Below are positions 28,984 through 42,492 of a stretch of DNA of 59,325 bases, piece after piece. This stretch comes from Octopus bimaculoides (Eukaryota). The stretch covers positions 68,584,526 to 68,643,850 of the forward strand of contig NC_068988.1 in the NCBI RefSeq assembly GCF_001194135.2. Direction: 5' to 3'. A program made the translations under genes and the position numbers. The notes below the pieces were generated by a model. It did no database searches. It was given only the letters and a program-made list of their open reading frames with translations, and was not told where the DNA came from. Each line of letters opens with the position of its first letter. The first letter of the stretch is position 1.

Positions 28984-29783
28984 CAGTAGTTTTATTTTTA
29001 AAACGTGCTTTCACTTCACCACTGAGTGCAGCTCTGTGTGCCTTGTGTGTGTGTGTATATTTGTGTTTATGTATGTGTGAATGTGTGTATGTANNNNNNN
29101 NNNNNNNNNNNNNNNNNNNNNNNNNNNNNNNNNNNNNNNNNNNNNNNNNNNNNNNNNNNNNNNNNNNNNNNNNNNNNNNNNNNNNNNNNNNNNNNNNNNN
29201 NNNNNNNNNNNNNNNNNNNNNNNNNNNNNNNNNNNNNNNNNNNNNNNNNNNNNNNNNNNNNNNNNNNNNNNNNNNNNNNNNNNNNNNNNNNNNNNNNNNN
29301 NNNNNNNNNNNNNNNNNNNNNNNNNNNNNNNNNNNNNNNNNNNNNNNNNNNNNNNNNNNNNNNNNNNNNNNNNNNNNNNNNNNNNNNNNNNNNNNNNNNN
29401 NNNNNNNNNNNNNNNNNNNNNNNNNNNNNNNNNNNNNNNNNNNNNNNNNNNNNNNNNNNNNNNNNNNNNNNNNNNNNNNNNNNNNTTCCAGGTCTTTGTA
29501 TTTTAAAAGTGTTTCCATTTCTTTTAGAGAAACGTTGTCATCTGCTGGTATTGATACATCAATTAGAAAGCATTTTTTTTCTTCATGATCTTTGACAACT
29601 ATATCTGGTCTATTTGCCTTAATTTCTCTATCTGTGTGTATTGGCATATCCCAGAGTATGGTTGCTTTCTCGTTTTCTGTGACCTTTTCTGGCGTGTGTT
29701 TATACCATCTTTTTTCTGTTGTTATTCCATAGTGTTGGCATAGCTTCCAGTGTATATAGGTCCCAGCTCTGTCGTGTCTGTGA
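28984..29783 (-). mobile_element. 5'-truncated younger R4/Dong-like element inserted in (AAT)n
   Basis: HRHDRAGTYIHWKLCQHY..WDMPIHTDREIKANRPDIVVKDHEEKKCFLIDVSIPADDN..KYKDLE is a REL endonuclease (PD..D..K). The 3'UTR matches 120-175. (ATT)n tracts lie on both sides. Confidence 0.85.
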
Positions 29784-29815
<32 letters not shown>

Positions 29816-29878
29816 CATTATTATTATACCATCAAAAAATACCTTAGTAATGAGAATCCAGGCTCGAAATTTCCCGAA

Positions 29879-29924
29879 GACACCTGATGAAGGCTGGACA
29901 GTAAATCAGTCGAAATGTTGTGTT
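29879..29924 (+). ncRNA. Minimal type I hammerhead ribozyme (PLE-type)
   Basis: GACAC-CUGAUGA-A-GGCUG[GACAGUAAAU]CAGUC-GAAA-UGUU-GUGUU. The core is intact; helix III shows a C-to-T change. Confidence 0.7.
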
Positions 29925-31244
29925 AACAGTAACAAGATGAGGACAAATATCCGTCAAATGTAAATAATGTAAATAATGTACATAATTCCTTATCTCTTAA
30001 ATATAGAACTGTAATAGTCTTTTGTGCTTAAAAATTTCGACTTACTTTATCCCCTCCTCTTGTTATTGTCTTTGACATTCTTGTCAAATTTCTTCTCCCG
30101 AAACTTGCTTTCTTCAACATTCGGTTTTATGTTATCAGTTCTCTCATTTCCTTTAAGAATATTAAAGTGACGCTTCTGGTTTATTGAAAAAGGCAATTTT
30201 GCTTATATGGGTCTTTTTCTTCGTTTTTTCTGATTTTGGCAGCTTTTGCCTTGGATCTCTGCTTTATAAGTTTTTCCTATCGCTGCCCAAATTCTTATAT
30301 TCCTGACATGATATACTTCATCTAATCTACCTTATTTTCTTCCCTTAATTTACTGTGCTTCCACTGATTTAGCTTATATCTTCTCTATTGTCACTAACTT
30401 GCATAAGCAACTGCCATTTTTTAGAATAAAGTATCTTCCGATATTTCTTTTTCCCCAGCATTTATACAACCACATTAGCACCCACTAATATTAATGGGTT
30501 GGTATTTTAATGCTTTCGCATATAACACCATTTACTTTTGATGCATTTCTTTAACATTTGCTGGATCCGCAGTTCTTAAATTAACTGACGCGTGGACCTC
30601 AGTTTCTGCCTTATTTTTTAAAAGCTGTCTAGTTCATCTTTATCAAGGCATCCATAGTGAATTCCCCTTTCTTTTAGTATTCTTCTTCCTTTTGTTTTAA
30701 AAGCGAACGTTCCTATTGTATTCTGTTTGATAGCCATAATGGTTGCATTTTAAGGATTCACAGAGTAATCATTTTCATTCATTTGGTTTCAATATGTCGA
30801 TTTTCATAATTCTGGTTTCATCCCTCTCTAGGTGACAAATGGCTTTCAATATTTGTCCCGTTTTCTTCTCATTCAATTTTGTTCCTTCGTTCTTGGCGGC
30901 CTATATCCTTACTTAATTTTTTCATCCTCTTCCTAAACTTTCTTCGTTTCTCTCAATCCTAATTTATATATTCATCTCTAATTTATATACAAAATTAATT
31001 ATAAATATGAGAGAAATCGACAGAAAAGTATGCTTCTTCAATGTACGTTCGCATGTTTTAGTTATAATTTTTCTCCTCTCATCACTTTCCGCTCCATTGT
31101 TTTTACTGTGGTAAATATCTATTTACTTATTATATATCTTTGTCTTAAAAATTTCTTCTTTTATCTCAGTCTCAAATTTTACATCTTTGTAATTAAAATC
31201 AACTGTAAATAGAAGTCTACTTCTATTTTTTTTTCTTTCATTCT

Positions 31245-31530
31245 TTGACTTGCTTCATTCATTGCGCTTAGGCCATGCTGGGGCACCGTCTCGAAGTATT
31301 TAGTAGGACAAACCAGCCCTCGTAGTTATTTTTTAATGCTTATTACGTATTCTTTTGGTTTCTTTCGCCGAAACGATAAATTTCTGAGATGTAAACAATC
31401 CAACATCGGTAGTCAAGCGTTTCTGAGGTGGTCCGGTGCTACAGTAGAAGATACTTGCCCAAGTTACCTTGCAGTGGGACTGAAACCAAGTCACATAGTT
31501 GCGAAGCAATCTTCTCAAACATACACTCAC
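31245..31530 (-). mobile_element. SINE family A, near full length with internal deletion
   Basis: Both the head (GCAGTGGGACTGAAACC) and the tail (GGCCATGCTGGGGCACC) are present. Confidence 0.7.
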
Positions 31531-34500
31531 GCTTGTACTACTCAGCGGCACTTGCATCTACGCACCAATACCTACGCATACACTGACACACCTGCACTTT
31601 CACTGTCCTATCCCTTCTTTTAGACTTTGTGTCCCTTGTTTATATGCAAATTTATAGTTTACCGACGAATATGAAACCATTATTGCTGTTACTGTACTGC
31701 AATGTGGAATCTGTCAAATCTGTCAAATCTATCAAACCGTCTCATACATAAATCAAGGTTACAAAAATATGCTGATATCAATATGGAGACATGCCCTGTC
31801 GTGTTAAGTAAAGATTCACTTCGTAACTACATGGTTCAGCGTTTGATCTCATCGATGACTACCTTCATCAAGGAACTTCTACCGTAACTTTACGCCAGCC
31901 CTAGACTTCTAAGTAAAACTTGATAGACGAAAACTGTACTGATGCACTGGATTGAGTGTTCCCAATTCTGGGCACTTGAAATCCATCGCTTAAATTTGAT
32001 ATCTCCACCACTCGCTTGAGTGTCTTTGGTAAAGTCTAGAACTGTTGCAAGCATCTTAACAAAATTTCTGATCTCAGGATAACTTTCTTTCTTTCTTTCT
32101 CCGATTAGTTTCGAAGCCCAGCAAAATCACCATCACTTATCACTTATATTTATTCTATACACAAGCTACTAGATAGTTAAAACCCTTTTTGTCCCGAAAC
32201 ATTTGTAGCTGCTAACAAAATTGAGATTATTACTATTATCATAGCTAATTACTTTTGGAAGTAATTCCTGATTTGAACTGCTGGATTTTGTTTTCGTTAC
32301 AGTGTATGTGTATCTGATTTTCTATTATTTTCTTGTATGAATAAACAAGAGGAGAGAAAATCGTTGTGTCTTTCCTTCCTGGCAGATTTTGCAGCCTGTT
32401 TGAATTCAATCCCACTTATCTTCTAATTCTAATCCAGTAGAACTCAACTGTACCTCAATAATCTGAGAAAGCATAAAAATAATAGTTACTTCACTTCGCC
32501 TGCTAATTGATTAAAAGTGAAATTTTTAATTAAGCCTAATTTAATCCGAGTTATGCTATTTAGCTGAAACTTGAATTTCGAAACCTTCTTTCTTAAACTT
32601 AATTACAAGATTGTTGATTTTACTTCAGTTACTAACATCTAAGTAAAACTATATTTGTTGAAGAACGTGACATTTTTTCTAATTTTCGAACAGGAATTTC
32701 AAATAAAAGTAAAATTTATCTATATTACGCTGAGACACAAATACATCATTGTATAGATGATTAAACAAAATCTCCTGCTAGCAGATTTAACCATTTTACG
32801 TTCTTTGCCAGTGACCACACAAATAACGTGCTTAATTTGTGGCATTTTATCTTCCTTTGAATTATTCTTAGACTGATTATTTTGAAGACATTGAATCAAT
32901 CTTGAAAATTAATTGCTCACTGTTACGGCCATCAGATGTAGCAAAAACTAAACCGAAATCATGTATTGAATATTTTCTATTTCTCACTTTCTCGGTTTAC
33001 ATCGTCTTACTTTAATTAAATTTCAAGTCTTTCATCTACTTCGTTTATAATTGCCGACGGAAGTGCAAAACCGGAAATTATCGTCTTTAACTTAAAGATT
33101 GCTAGTAGAGTGACTTCTTACGATACATCTAGTTTGACGTTTTGATCAGAAATGTTTTATATAAAAAAAAAAAAAACGTACAGACAATCAAGCGCACCAA
33201 CGCAAAATATTCTTTTACGTATAAATCTGTACACACGTCTGTGTGAGCATTTACGTTGAAGATTTTCATTGCTGTAAAACACGCATTTACAGACAAGCAG
33301 ATACATACACGCACACACAAATACTTGTAAACACTCATATATACACACACACGCATAGACATTCCCATACACATATTAACACGAAAATAACTAACAACAA
33401 TGGACGTNNNNNNNNNNCCCATACACATATTAACACGAAAATAACTAACAACAATGGACGTTAACAGAATGCTGAATTGTTCAGACTAGGAATTGGAAAG
33501 GCCGGAAAATAAGGGACAAATAGACGTGTTAGATGGGTGAGTGAGAAGAAGGAAAGCACTAAAGCTGGTGTGAGACAGTGCCTAGTTGTAGTTAATTAGA
33601 GATAAAATGAAAGTTTGCAGGTTTTTGAAGTTAATGTTACATAGTAGAATAGTACAGGAGATAAGTATGAATGTTCTAAGGATCAGGATGGTGCAACAAA
33701 TTAGTGGTTAAAATGTATGTGTTGGAGGAGCACTTAATGATAGCAAGCTTATTTAAAATTCGGGACAGTTAAAAAGATTTAGTTGCAAATATTTTTACCT
33801 CTGGAGATAGAGACTGACACATTCTTGCCACATAAATGCAACACTGTACGTCCAAATGACCTTCATACTCGTGACGTTAATCTTTTCCAATCTTCTATGA
33901 AAAATATGCTTGGCTTGCCCAGTGGCAATGTTCCCTTGCTTAAAAATAGGTAAAGATTAACGAGAAGAATGTCTTGCGACCACAAAACATGCCTCACAAT
34001 GAATTCCGTCCAAATCATAGTAGCAAGGAAAAGTGGAGGTTAACAGGATGATAATATATTATATATCTAGCTAGCTATATAGCTATTTGTGAATTCATCT
34101 ATCATTATAATAGTGAGTCATGCATTTTTGAGCACAACAAGATGTAACTACATAAATATTGCACTTCTTGAAATAATTGTATCTGACTGACACCTCTTCC
34201 TAAATTTCAGAATCAGAATTAATTCCCTTGATCCACCATTTCTTAGTTATATGTCAGAAACTATCGATTTTGAAACTGTACATTTTATTATGTATTCTTG
34301 TCACATAATTATACTTATACCTCTAGCTATATGTTGCTCTTTTTTACTTTTTACTTTTGCTTCAGTTTTATTAAAATATTTCTCTGAAATCTTATATAAA
34401 AATAGCTTCCTCCTTCACACCAAGTTACAAAGCGTCTTTGGTATTTATTTTATCTTTAGTTTTATTGGTTTCATTGATTAGTTTTAGATGTGTGTTTTCC

Positions 34501-34721
34501 TTACTACCAAACAGGAGGAAAAGTGAAAAAAAAATCTGTTTTCTGAAGAACGAACAGAATACAAAAAAGAAATTTGTTAATTGAAATATCGTATTATTAG
34601 GCAATACGTAGCATTGAATTGGAGTTACAACACACACAGAAACCTAAAACACAAACACATACATCTAAATATGACACATACATGTATACACACGCACGCA
34701 CATACATATATTTGTATGTAT

Positions 34722-34753
<32 letters not shown>

Positions 34754-35837
34754 CTTAGGTTTCTGAATTATGAGAATTAATTAATGCTGTTTGCTGAGTG
34801 GTTTCCAATTTTTAATTTTTGAATGGAAAATCAGACACAAAAACACATATTATCTCCTGATATTTTGAGGAGACGAAGCCAGACTAGCCATTTATAATTT
34901 ATGAACCAATGGAGAAAAATATGAAATCTCATGATAGAAACGTTGGTTAAATCTTCATTGACATCAATCTACTGACTACTTTTCTCGAAACCTACCGGAA
35001 GCTGAATATCCGGGGAGGTTAAATGTTATTTTAAATATCTCAACTTGAAATACTAACATAGAATTCCATTGTATTTTCTATTCCATTTGTTATTTATAGG
35101 TTTCATTAGACTGCTGCTGTACTGGACTATTGCATTCAAGTGTTAAGTAGATCATATCCATAGTAGAAACTTTTACTACGGAGAATTGTTTATAGATTTT
35201 CTGTTTGTCAAACAGCACAGTATGGAATAAAATTACAATATTGCATAAAAAAGGTTGGCGTATTTCGGTACAAACATAATTACAAACAGCAAGACAGATG
35301 TGTGTGTATGAAAGCGCGTGTGTGTGTATCTATACGTATATATTACATGTACATCTGGGGACTTATAAATTGTCAAATACTGTATTAGTTAATTGATAGA
35401 AAATACTTGTCCAAGATGCTACGCATAGAGTTAGCCCCATTTAACAAGTAATTACGAAGCGGCGGATTTCTTAGAGACAAAGTGAAAACTGTGTCTTTGT
35501 TAACAAAGGGATTGCGTTTTTACAGCAATGTATGCTACAGTGGTTGATGTTGACTTAAATAGGCTGGAATGCTTTTTATCACAGTTTTACTCCATCCTCT
35601 CAATGATAGTTCAGCTATGAACCAATCGTACTTAAATACAGCAACATTGTAGCCTTCAAATTGCTTCTAAAATTGAACTCAAAGAATACATAACGTTAAA
35701 AATAGGGAGTAGCATAAGGAAAGCGTTGAATGGAAGTTGTCTATGTGGAGTTCTGCTGTTTTTGTCAATAACAAAGATGGTTGAATATGTCAGTTGATGC
35801 ATATATACATACATACATATATCTATCTATCTATATA

Positions 35838-35890
<53 letters not shown>

Positions 35891-36374
35891 GTGTGTGTGT
35901 GTGTGTACATATATATGTATATATATGTACGTATGAATGTATCTTGCACATATATACGCACACATATATATTGAATGATATACCGTGTATAATTTCTAAT
36001 TACCTCTGCTTTCTCAAAATGTAAATTAGTTCATTTTATATCACGCAACTATTTCAAAACATCCTTGCATGCCAAGCAACTTGGTTTTGACATCTATTGC
36101 CTATGTCTGTTCGGTTATGAGCAAATCATATTCACACACACACACACATACACACACACACGCATGCAAATATAATTAACAGCTTCAGAAGTGGTATTAA
36201 TACCGAAAGGTAATATTGATCTCCCGCTAAAACTGGATGTGCTAGAATACAGATTACTCTGTTATTTACCATAAAAGAACCGTCCCGTATGGACTTGTGC
36301 ATATAAATACTTGTATTTGTATCGCTGAGAGGTGATAACTATATATATTAATATATAAATACAAATGGATATGT

Positions 36375-36411
<37 letters not shown>

Positions 36412-36527
36412 GGGAAGGAGGGACGGAGAAAGAGAAATAGAAAGATAAAAGTTGAATACCTGGTGATTATGAATGCAAGCTGCAATACGCAATCATATAT
36501 ATATACATACATATATATATATATATA

Positions 36528-37315
36528 CATGGTGGTTGTCTACTCCTTATGCAGAGTTTGACCACCTCCTGTGCCTGCACCTTATCACCATCATGGCATC
36601 TGATGCGGCTTTTTTAAACTAGGCAATGTTCTCGAAAGGCACCCACATAGATTGCACCACCGATTTGGACCACCAAGAAATGCAGATAACTTCTGCTTTT
36701 TGTAGATCTTAAAATGTCTCTTGAGGCCTCCGTTGGATTTCCAAACCTTCTGACATACACTGCATTCAAAGGTGCGCACAGGCATTTAGGCAGCATAGTT
36801 GGTGGAGGTTTGTTTTCCATACGTTCGCAGATGAGATTTATGGCCAGTAAAAGGCAGGCATTGTCTGTCGCAAACTGTGCACACAAAACGGTCATTGTCA
36901 TTCACCTTCTCGATCATTACATTCTTCCTTAGATCTCATTTGAATCTTACTTGCGTTATCCTGGCCTCTTCAAATGCCTTCACACTACTCCACATTTTTG
37001 TTCGCCATCTAACTTACCCGAAGCAAGGGTTTCTATATCTTCTGGAACTACTCCCAGTGACTTCATAGTAGTCCTCATGCCGTCCTTAAACCTTTTTTTA
37101 AGTTTACGCCGATAGCGTTTCCCCTCTGCAAGCTCACCATAAAACAGCTGTTTCGGCATGCGTTCATGTGCCATTCGAACAATATGGTCACACCATCTCA
37201 ATTGGTTCTTCAAAATCATAGGTTTAATTGAGGTGATGCCTGCAGATGCAAGGACATCTTTGTTTAGAGTAAAAGAAATCCATTTAATTTTAAAATGTTA
37301 TAACGGCATGTATAT
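36528..37315 (-). mobile_element. RTE-like LINE 3' fragment with C-terminal C2H2-like zinc fingers
   Basis: QLRWCDHIVRMAHERMPKQLFYGELAEGKR..KKRFKD, followed later by FECSVCQKVWKSNGGLKRHF. Runs into a gap. Confidence 0.8.
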
Positions 37316-38289
37316 NNNNNNNNNNNNNNNNNNNNNNNNNNNNNNNNNNNNNNNNNNNNNNNNNNNNNNNNNNNNNNNNNNNNNNNNNNNNNNNNNNNNN
37401 NNNNNNNNNNNNNNNNNNNNNNNNNNNNNNNNNNNNNNNNNNNNNNNNNNNNNNNNNNNNNNNNNNNNNNNNNNNNNNNNNNNNNNNNNNNNNNNNNNNN
37501 NNNNNNNNNNNNNNNNNNNNNNNNNNNNNNNNNNNNNNNNNNNNNNNNNNNNNNNNNNNNNNNNNNNNNNNNNNNNNNNNNNNNNNNNNNNNNNNNNNNN
37601 NNNNNNNNNNNNNNNNNNNNNNNNNNNNNNNNNNNNNNNNNNNNNNNNNNNNNNNNNNNNNNNNNNNNNNNNNNNNNNNNNNNNNNNNNNNNNNNNNNNN
37701 NNNNNNNNNNNNNNNNNNNNNNNNNNNNNNNNNNNNNNNNNNNNNNNNNNNNNNNNNNNNNNNNNNNNNNNNNNNNNNNNNNNNNNNNNNNNNNNNNNNN
37801 NNNNNNNNNNNNNNNNNNNNNNNNNNNNNNNNNNNNNNNNNNNNNNNNNNNNNNNNNNNNNNNNNNNNNNNNNNNNNNNNNNNNNNNNNNNNNNNNNNNN
37901 NNNNNNNNNNNNNNNNNNNNNNNNNNNNNNNNNNNNNNNNNNNNNNNNNNNNNNNNNNNNNNNNNNNNNNNNNNNNNNNNNNNNNNNNNNNNNNNNNNNN
38001 NNNNNNNNNNNNNNNNNNNNNNNNNNNNNNNNNNNNNNNNNNNNNNNNNNNNNNNNNNNNNNNNNNNNNNNNNNNNNNNNNNNNNNNNNNNNNNNNNNNN
38101 NNNNNNNNNNNNNNNNNNNNNNNNNNNNNNNNNNNNNNNNNNNNNNNNNNNNNNNNNNNNNNNNNNNNNNNNNNNNNNNNNNNNNNNNNNNNNNNNNNNN
38201 NNNTATGTATGTATGTATGTATGTATGTATGTATGTATGTATGTATGTATGTATGTATGTATGGGTACTTTCTTTAGGTGCCAGATCCA

Positions 38290-40260
38290 GAATGTAGAAC
38301 ATAGACCATTACGTCCTGCCCCAATTCTTCGTTCTGTATTTTCTGTAACAGTTCCACTTCCTGATTTTTAATGCTTGTTTCTATCAACCGGTTCATCAAG
38401 TTTGACATCCAAATCACACTTCTCCTTCCTCTACTCCTCCCTTTCCCCTAAATCATTCCGCTTATCGTTAAATTCTCCAAGCCCTCTTTCCGCATCACAT
38501 GACCAAGAAAACTCCGTGGCTTAGCCCTTATCTCACGAAGCAGTTATCTATTTACCCTGGTCATCATTTTTCATTAAACACTTTGTTCATACTATCTTCA
38601 ATATTTTTCTTAAGAACCACATTTCACAGCTTTCTAATTACCTTCCCATTTCTGATGTCATAGATTATGACTCACAGTCATACATTAACACATGATAAAA
38701 ACAGCAGTTCAATATATGGATCTTACTTTTGATGATCAGAGTACATTTTCTCAAGATTTCATACATTTTTGGGAATGCAGGTTTTACCAGCACTATTCGT
38801 CTTTTGATATTCTTCACACATTTTGTGTCTTCTGTGATCAACTTTCCAAAGTGGTTGAATGATGATACCTGCTTAATGATTTGATTGTTAATTTTCAGCA
38901 TGCACTTTAGGCTTCTCTTCTTTCTCACCACCATACATTCTACTTTGCAATTTATGACTAGACTCTTCCATTCACTTTCTATGACCGCTTCAACCAGAAG
39001 TTCTGAAGTCTCTGAAGTTCTTTTTTCATTCTGCAAGGAAGACTGCATATCTTATGCATCTCATCTGCATATTTTGCGTTTGTAATCTTTCTGCCTGCTA
39101 CTCTAAGACTTTTTTTTCCTTTTTCAGTTCTCTTACGATTAATTTTCTATAGTAATTGAAGAAATCCGGTGACATAGCACATCCTTTTCTAAGCTTTCCA
39201 TATGCTAGTATATTTACTGCATTTTCCATCTACCTTTTTGCACGCTAATTGGTTCCAGTACAGACTCGGCAAGATTCGATAGATCTAAGTTACAATCCTT
39301 CAAATAACATGTCATATGTTACTTCGTTAAAGGCTCCTATGTAATTTATGACACACATGAAAATGTAGTTTTGCATCTCCACAACCCGCTCCGTTATCAT
39401 TCTCAATAGAAAATATTCCTTGTACTAGCACCATTTAAAAAAACAAACTGTTCAATTCTAATTCTCAGAATGTTCTTTATAACATGACACATGAGACTCA
39501 TCTGCGACATTGCTCATAGTCCCACACTCTTGTTTTATTTGGGAGTGCAATAAAGATGGATTTACTCAGATCTTCTTGACATTTCCCATCATTATTGATC
39601 TTTTTAATTAAATCTATCACTTTTCTAATTCCATATTCTTCTAATGATTTTATCATCTCAATGACAATTCCGTCTACCCCAGCAGCATTGGAGACAGGAA
39701 AACTAGACAAGGTTGCTCTGGCATTACAGAATAAATCTCTTATATATGCTGTCAATGTATTCAGTCTCCTCATCCAGCATGGCACCACCTTTTGCTCTGA
39801 TACACACGGCTTTTGAGCATCCTGACTTTCTGCCAAAGATCTCATTTATATTCAGATGTACATTGTATCCGACTGGACATTGCTTTTCAATTTTTTCACA
39901 CTATCCATTCAGCCAGGCCTCATTCGCCTCGCTACATTTCCGTTAAATCAGTCTATCCAGCTTCCTATACTCTTTGGATTTCCTGATACTGATCTTCTGT
40001 TTTTAACTCATTATCGAAAAGGTCTCCTTTGTCATCCATTTCCTGTTGATTCATATCTTTTATTTTGTACTACGGTGTTTTTCATTACTTCCCAGGTAAT
40101 TTCCTCACCATTATCAAACAGCTGATTAAATTTGATCTCCACATTTATGGAATAGCCCAGCTGTACCTCTGAATTATCCATTTGTTTCTGTTGTTCTTAC
40201 TCTCTTCAATTTCTTTAATTTACATAGGAATGTGTATACCACTGGTACATGATCACTCCC
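38290..40260 (-). mobile_element. Degenerate RTE-like LINE
   Basis: ..NAAGVDGIVIEMIK..SIFIALP.. and ..KQVSSFNHFGKLITED..IKRRIVLVK..VLMYDCES; many disruptions. Confidence 0.75.
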
Positions 40261-41068
40261 ACAGTGTGATTCTGGGTGTAAATGAATCGGGAACGTATAA
40301 ACACGTGTGTGTGTGTGCGTATGTATATATATTAATGTGATCGTTTTACGTTACTAAACCAGCAGTTAACCTCTGAGGTCGGTTGAAGTTCTATATGCGC
40401 ATTTCTCCCATATTCTCTACTTCTTCCCTCACATCGCAGCTCTTTACCACACCTGTCATTTGTCTCTTCAGTACAATCATTAAATAGTCCGAACACCGAT
40501 GACTGCTAACGCTCAAGAATCCTAGAGAGCTATCCATACTACCAACCGCCTGGACCACCAAGTCTTTCTAACTAAATTTGCCTGGAGTCCTGAATAGCAT
40601 TACTGGAACCCTGAATATCATTACTGTTATAAAATTAAAAGACAATTAATATAATCTCACATTTTGATAATGGCATTTTTCTCATATATGCTCGACAATA
40701 CATAATTGTAGAGACATAAGAAGGCGTGTGTGGTAACAGCCCGTCGCTGTACCCACCACATGTTTGTATCCCCTACTACTGTACGTGGATGACGCCTTTG
40801 CACCATTCAGGTAACAACACTCCCATCTATGGGCTTATTTGTGTAGTTGTTGCCAGTGAGAGTTCTAGGAGGTCAGAGTCCAAATTCCTGACTGTCTTCT
40901 TTTAATCGATTTTATCCTTCCTCGAAGTCCAACCCTTGACGTTATCGTTGTGGAAAGATTAAACGAGTGTTTGTCAGTGCTATGTCATCGGGGACTTCGA
41001 ATCCCTGGTAGGGCCATCCATGGTGGACAGATCAGACACTGGTTGTGCTAGGGTCGCATCACGGCTAA

Positions 41069-41345
41069 CTGGGGGAGAGGTGGCAATGGTGAATTCCAGG
41101 CGGCTGTTGTCCGGAATTCAGCGGCGTCCTGCTGGCGTTGGATCGCGTCTGCGGGTATTAAGCTGTGAGAAGGGGTAACACGAGGACGACCTGTCACCGG
41201 TCGCGTACGGTGGCTTACAAAAACAGACGGGAACTGTTTTCGCGGAATCTGATCGTCCTTTGAAACACTTATGTACAGACAACTCGGTGAATTCAATAGG
41301 AGTCGTTTTAACTCCTCACGGGTGAATGCCGTGTCTAGACAAGAC
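41069..41345 (+). mobile_element. Possible LTR-retroelement polypurine tract plus start of a 3' LTR
   Basis: GGGGGAGAGG is immediately followed by TGGCAATGG and a GC/CpG-rich segment running into a gap. No second LTR is visible. Confidence 0.3.
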
Positions 41346-42384
41346 GAAGCAGAAGACAATGCTTTNNNNNNNNNNNNNNNNNNNNNNNNNNNNNNNNNNN
41401 NNNNNNNNNNNNNNNNNNNNNNNNNNNNNNNNNNNNNNNNNNNNNNNNNNNNNNNNNNNNNNNNNNNNNNNNNNNNNNNNNNNNNNNNNNNNNNNNNNNN
41501 NNNNNNNNNNNNNNNNNNNNNNNNNNNNNNNNNNNNNNNNNNNNNNNNNNNNNNNNNNNNNNNNNNNNNNNNNNNNNNNNNNNNNNNNNNNNNNNNNNNN
41601 NNNNNNNNNNNNNNNNNNNNNNNNNNNNNNNNNNNNNNNNNNNNNNNNNNNNNNNNNNNNNNNNNNNNNNNNNNNNNNNNNNNNNNNNNNNNNNNNNNNN
41701 NNNNNNNNNNNNNNNNNNNNNNNNNNNNNNNNNNNNNNNNNNNNNNNNNNNNNNNNNNNNNNNNNNNNNNNNNNNNNNNNNNNNNNNNNNNNNNNNNNNN
41801 NNNNNNNNNNNNNNNNNNNNNNNNNNNNNNNNNNNNNNNNNNNNNNNNNNNNNNNNNNNNNNNNNNNNNNNNNNNNNNNNNNNNNNNNNNNNNNNNNNNN
41901 NNNNNNNNNNNNNNNNNNNNNNNNNNNNNNNNNNNNNNNNNNNNNNNNNNNNNATTGTGAAAGAGAAAGCATGTATAGCATATACATCATGTATGCATAT
42001 ACATTTGTATACGCATTAGCTGCGAATTTTGCTCACGTAAGAACATTCAAATATCTCATATATTCTGTAAATATTATATCACACACGCGCGTACGCGCAT
42101 GCACACACACACATATATACATTTGTGTACGTATGTAGGTTGTGGGTGAGTGTATGAGTTTTTTTTTTACATTGCACTAATCTCCTTGCATTTTTACTTG
42201 CAAAGATAATTCAATCTGTTTTGGTCTGGTCAGAATGTTCTACGTTGCCATCGGAATAATATGAATGCGTTAAGATGTCGTTAACGTCAATGTTTTTGTT
42301 TTAAATTTGATTTTATTTACAAATTATTTGTAATGTGGTACTAATCACTGGGTGAAGTGATGTATATCCGATTAAAAAAAGGAT

Positions 42385-42404
42385 AATGATAATAATAATA
42401 ATAA

Positions 42405-42435
<31 letters not shown>

Positions 42436-42461
42436 AAGAAGAAGAAGAAGAAGAAGAAGAA

Positions 42462-42492
<31 letters not shown>

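Larger units (their letters stand above)
28400..30900 (-). pseudogene. Old R4/Dong-like element (pre-RT and RT N-terminal region) split by a 1.2-kb insertion at 28814-30010
   Basis: 30019-30900 reads EKLIKQRSKAKAAKI..YKQNCLFQ..KPNVEESKF. 28400-28805 reads SLILKDKLKG..NLRSITCLPIM*KFLTRII..KNCRKRSTN. Removing the insert and one GTAATAGT copy rejoins AQKTITVTK. Confidence 0.65.

Noticed and set aside
30482-30500. 19-nt exact match (CCACTAATATTAATGGGTT) to array unit sequence at about 49867-49885
   Set aside because: AT-rich, isolated and with no flanking similarity; compatible with chance.
33365-33461. Exact ~44-bp direct repeat across a 10-N gap
   Set aside because: Typical unmerged contig overlap, an assembly artefact. 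The same applies at 5999-6040.
40712-40810. 99-bp AG..CAG|GTAAC candidate exon and an LLYVDDAF RT-like word
   Set aside because: All three phases contain stops from that acceptor, and there is no other RT motif in frame.
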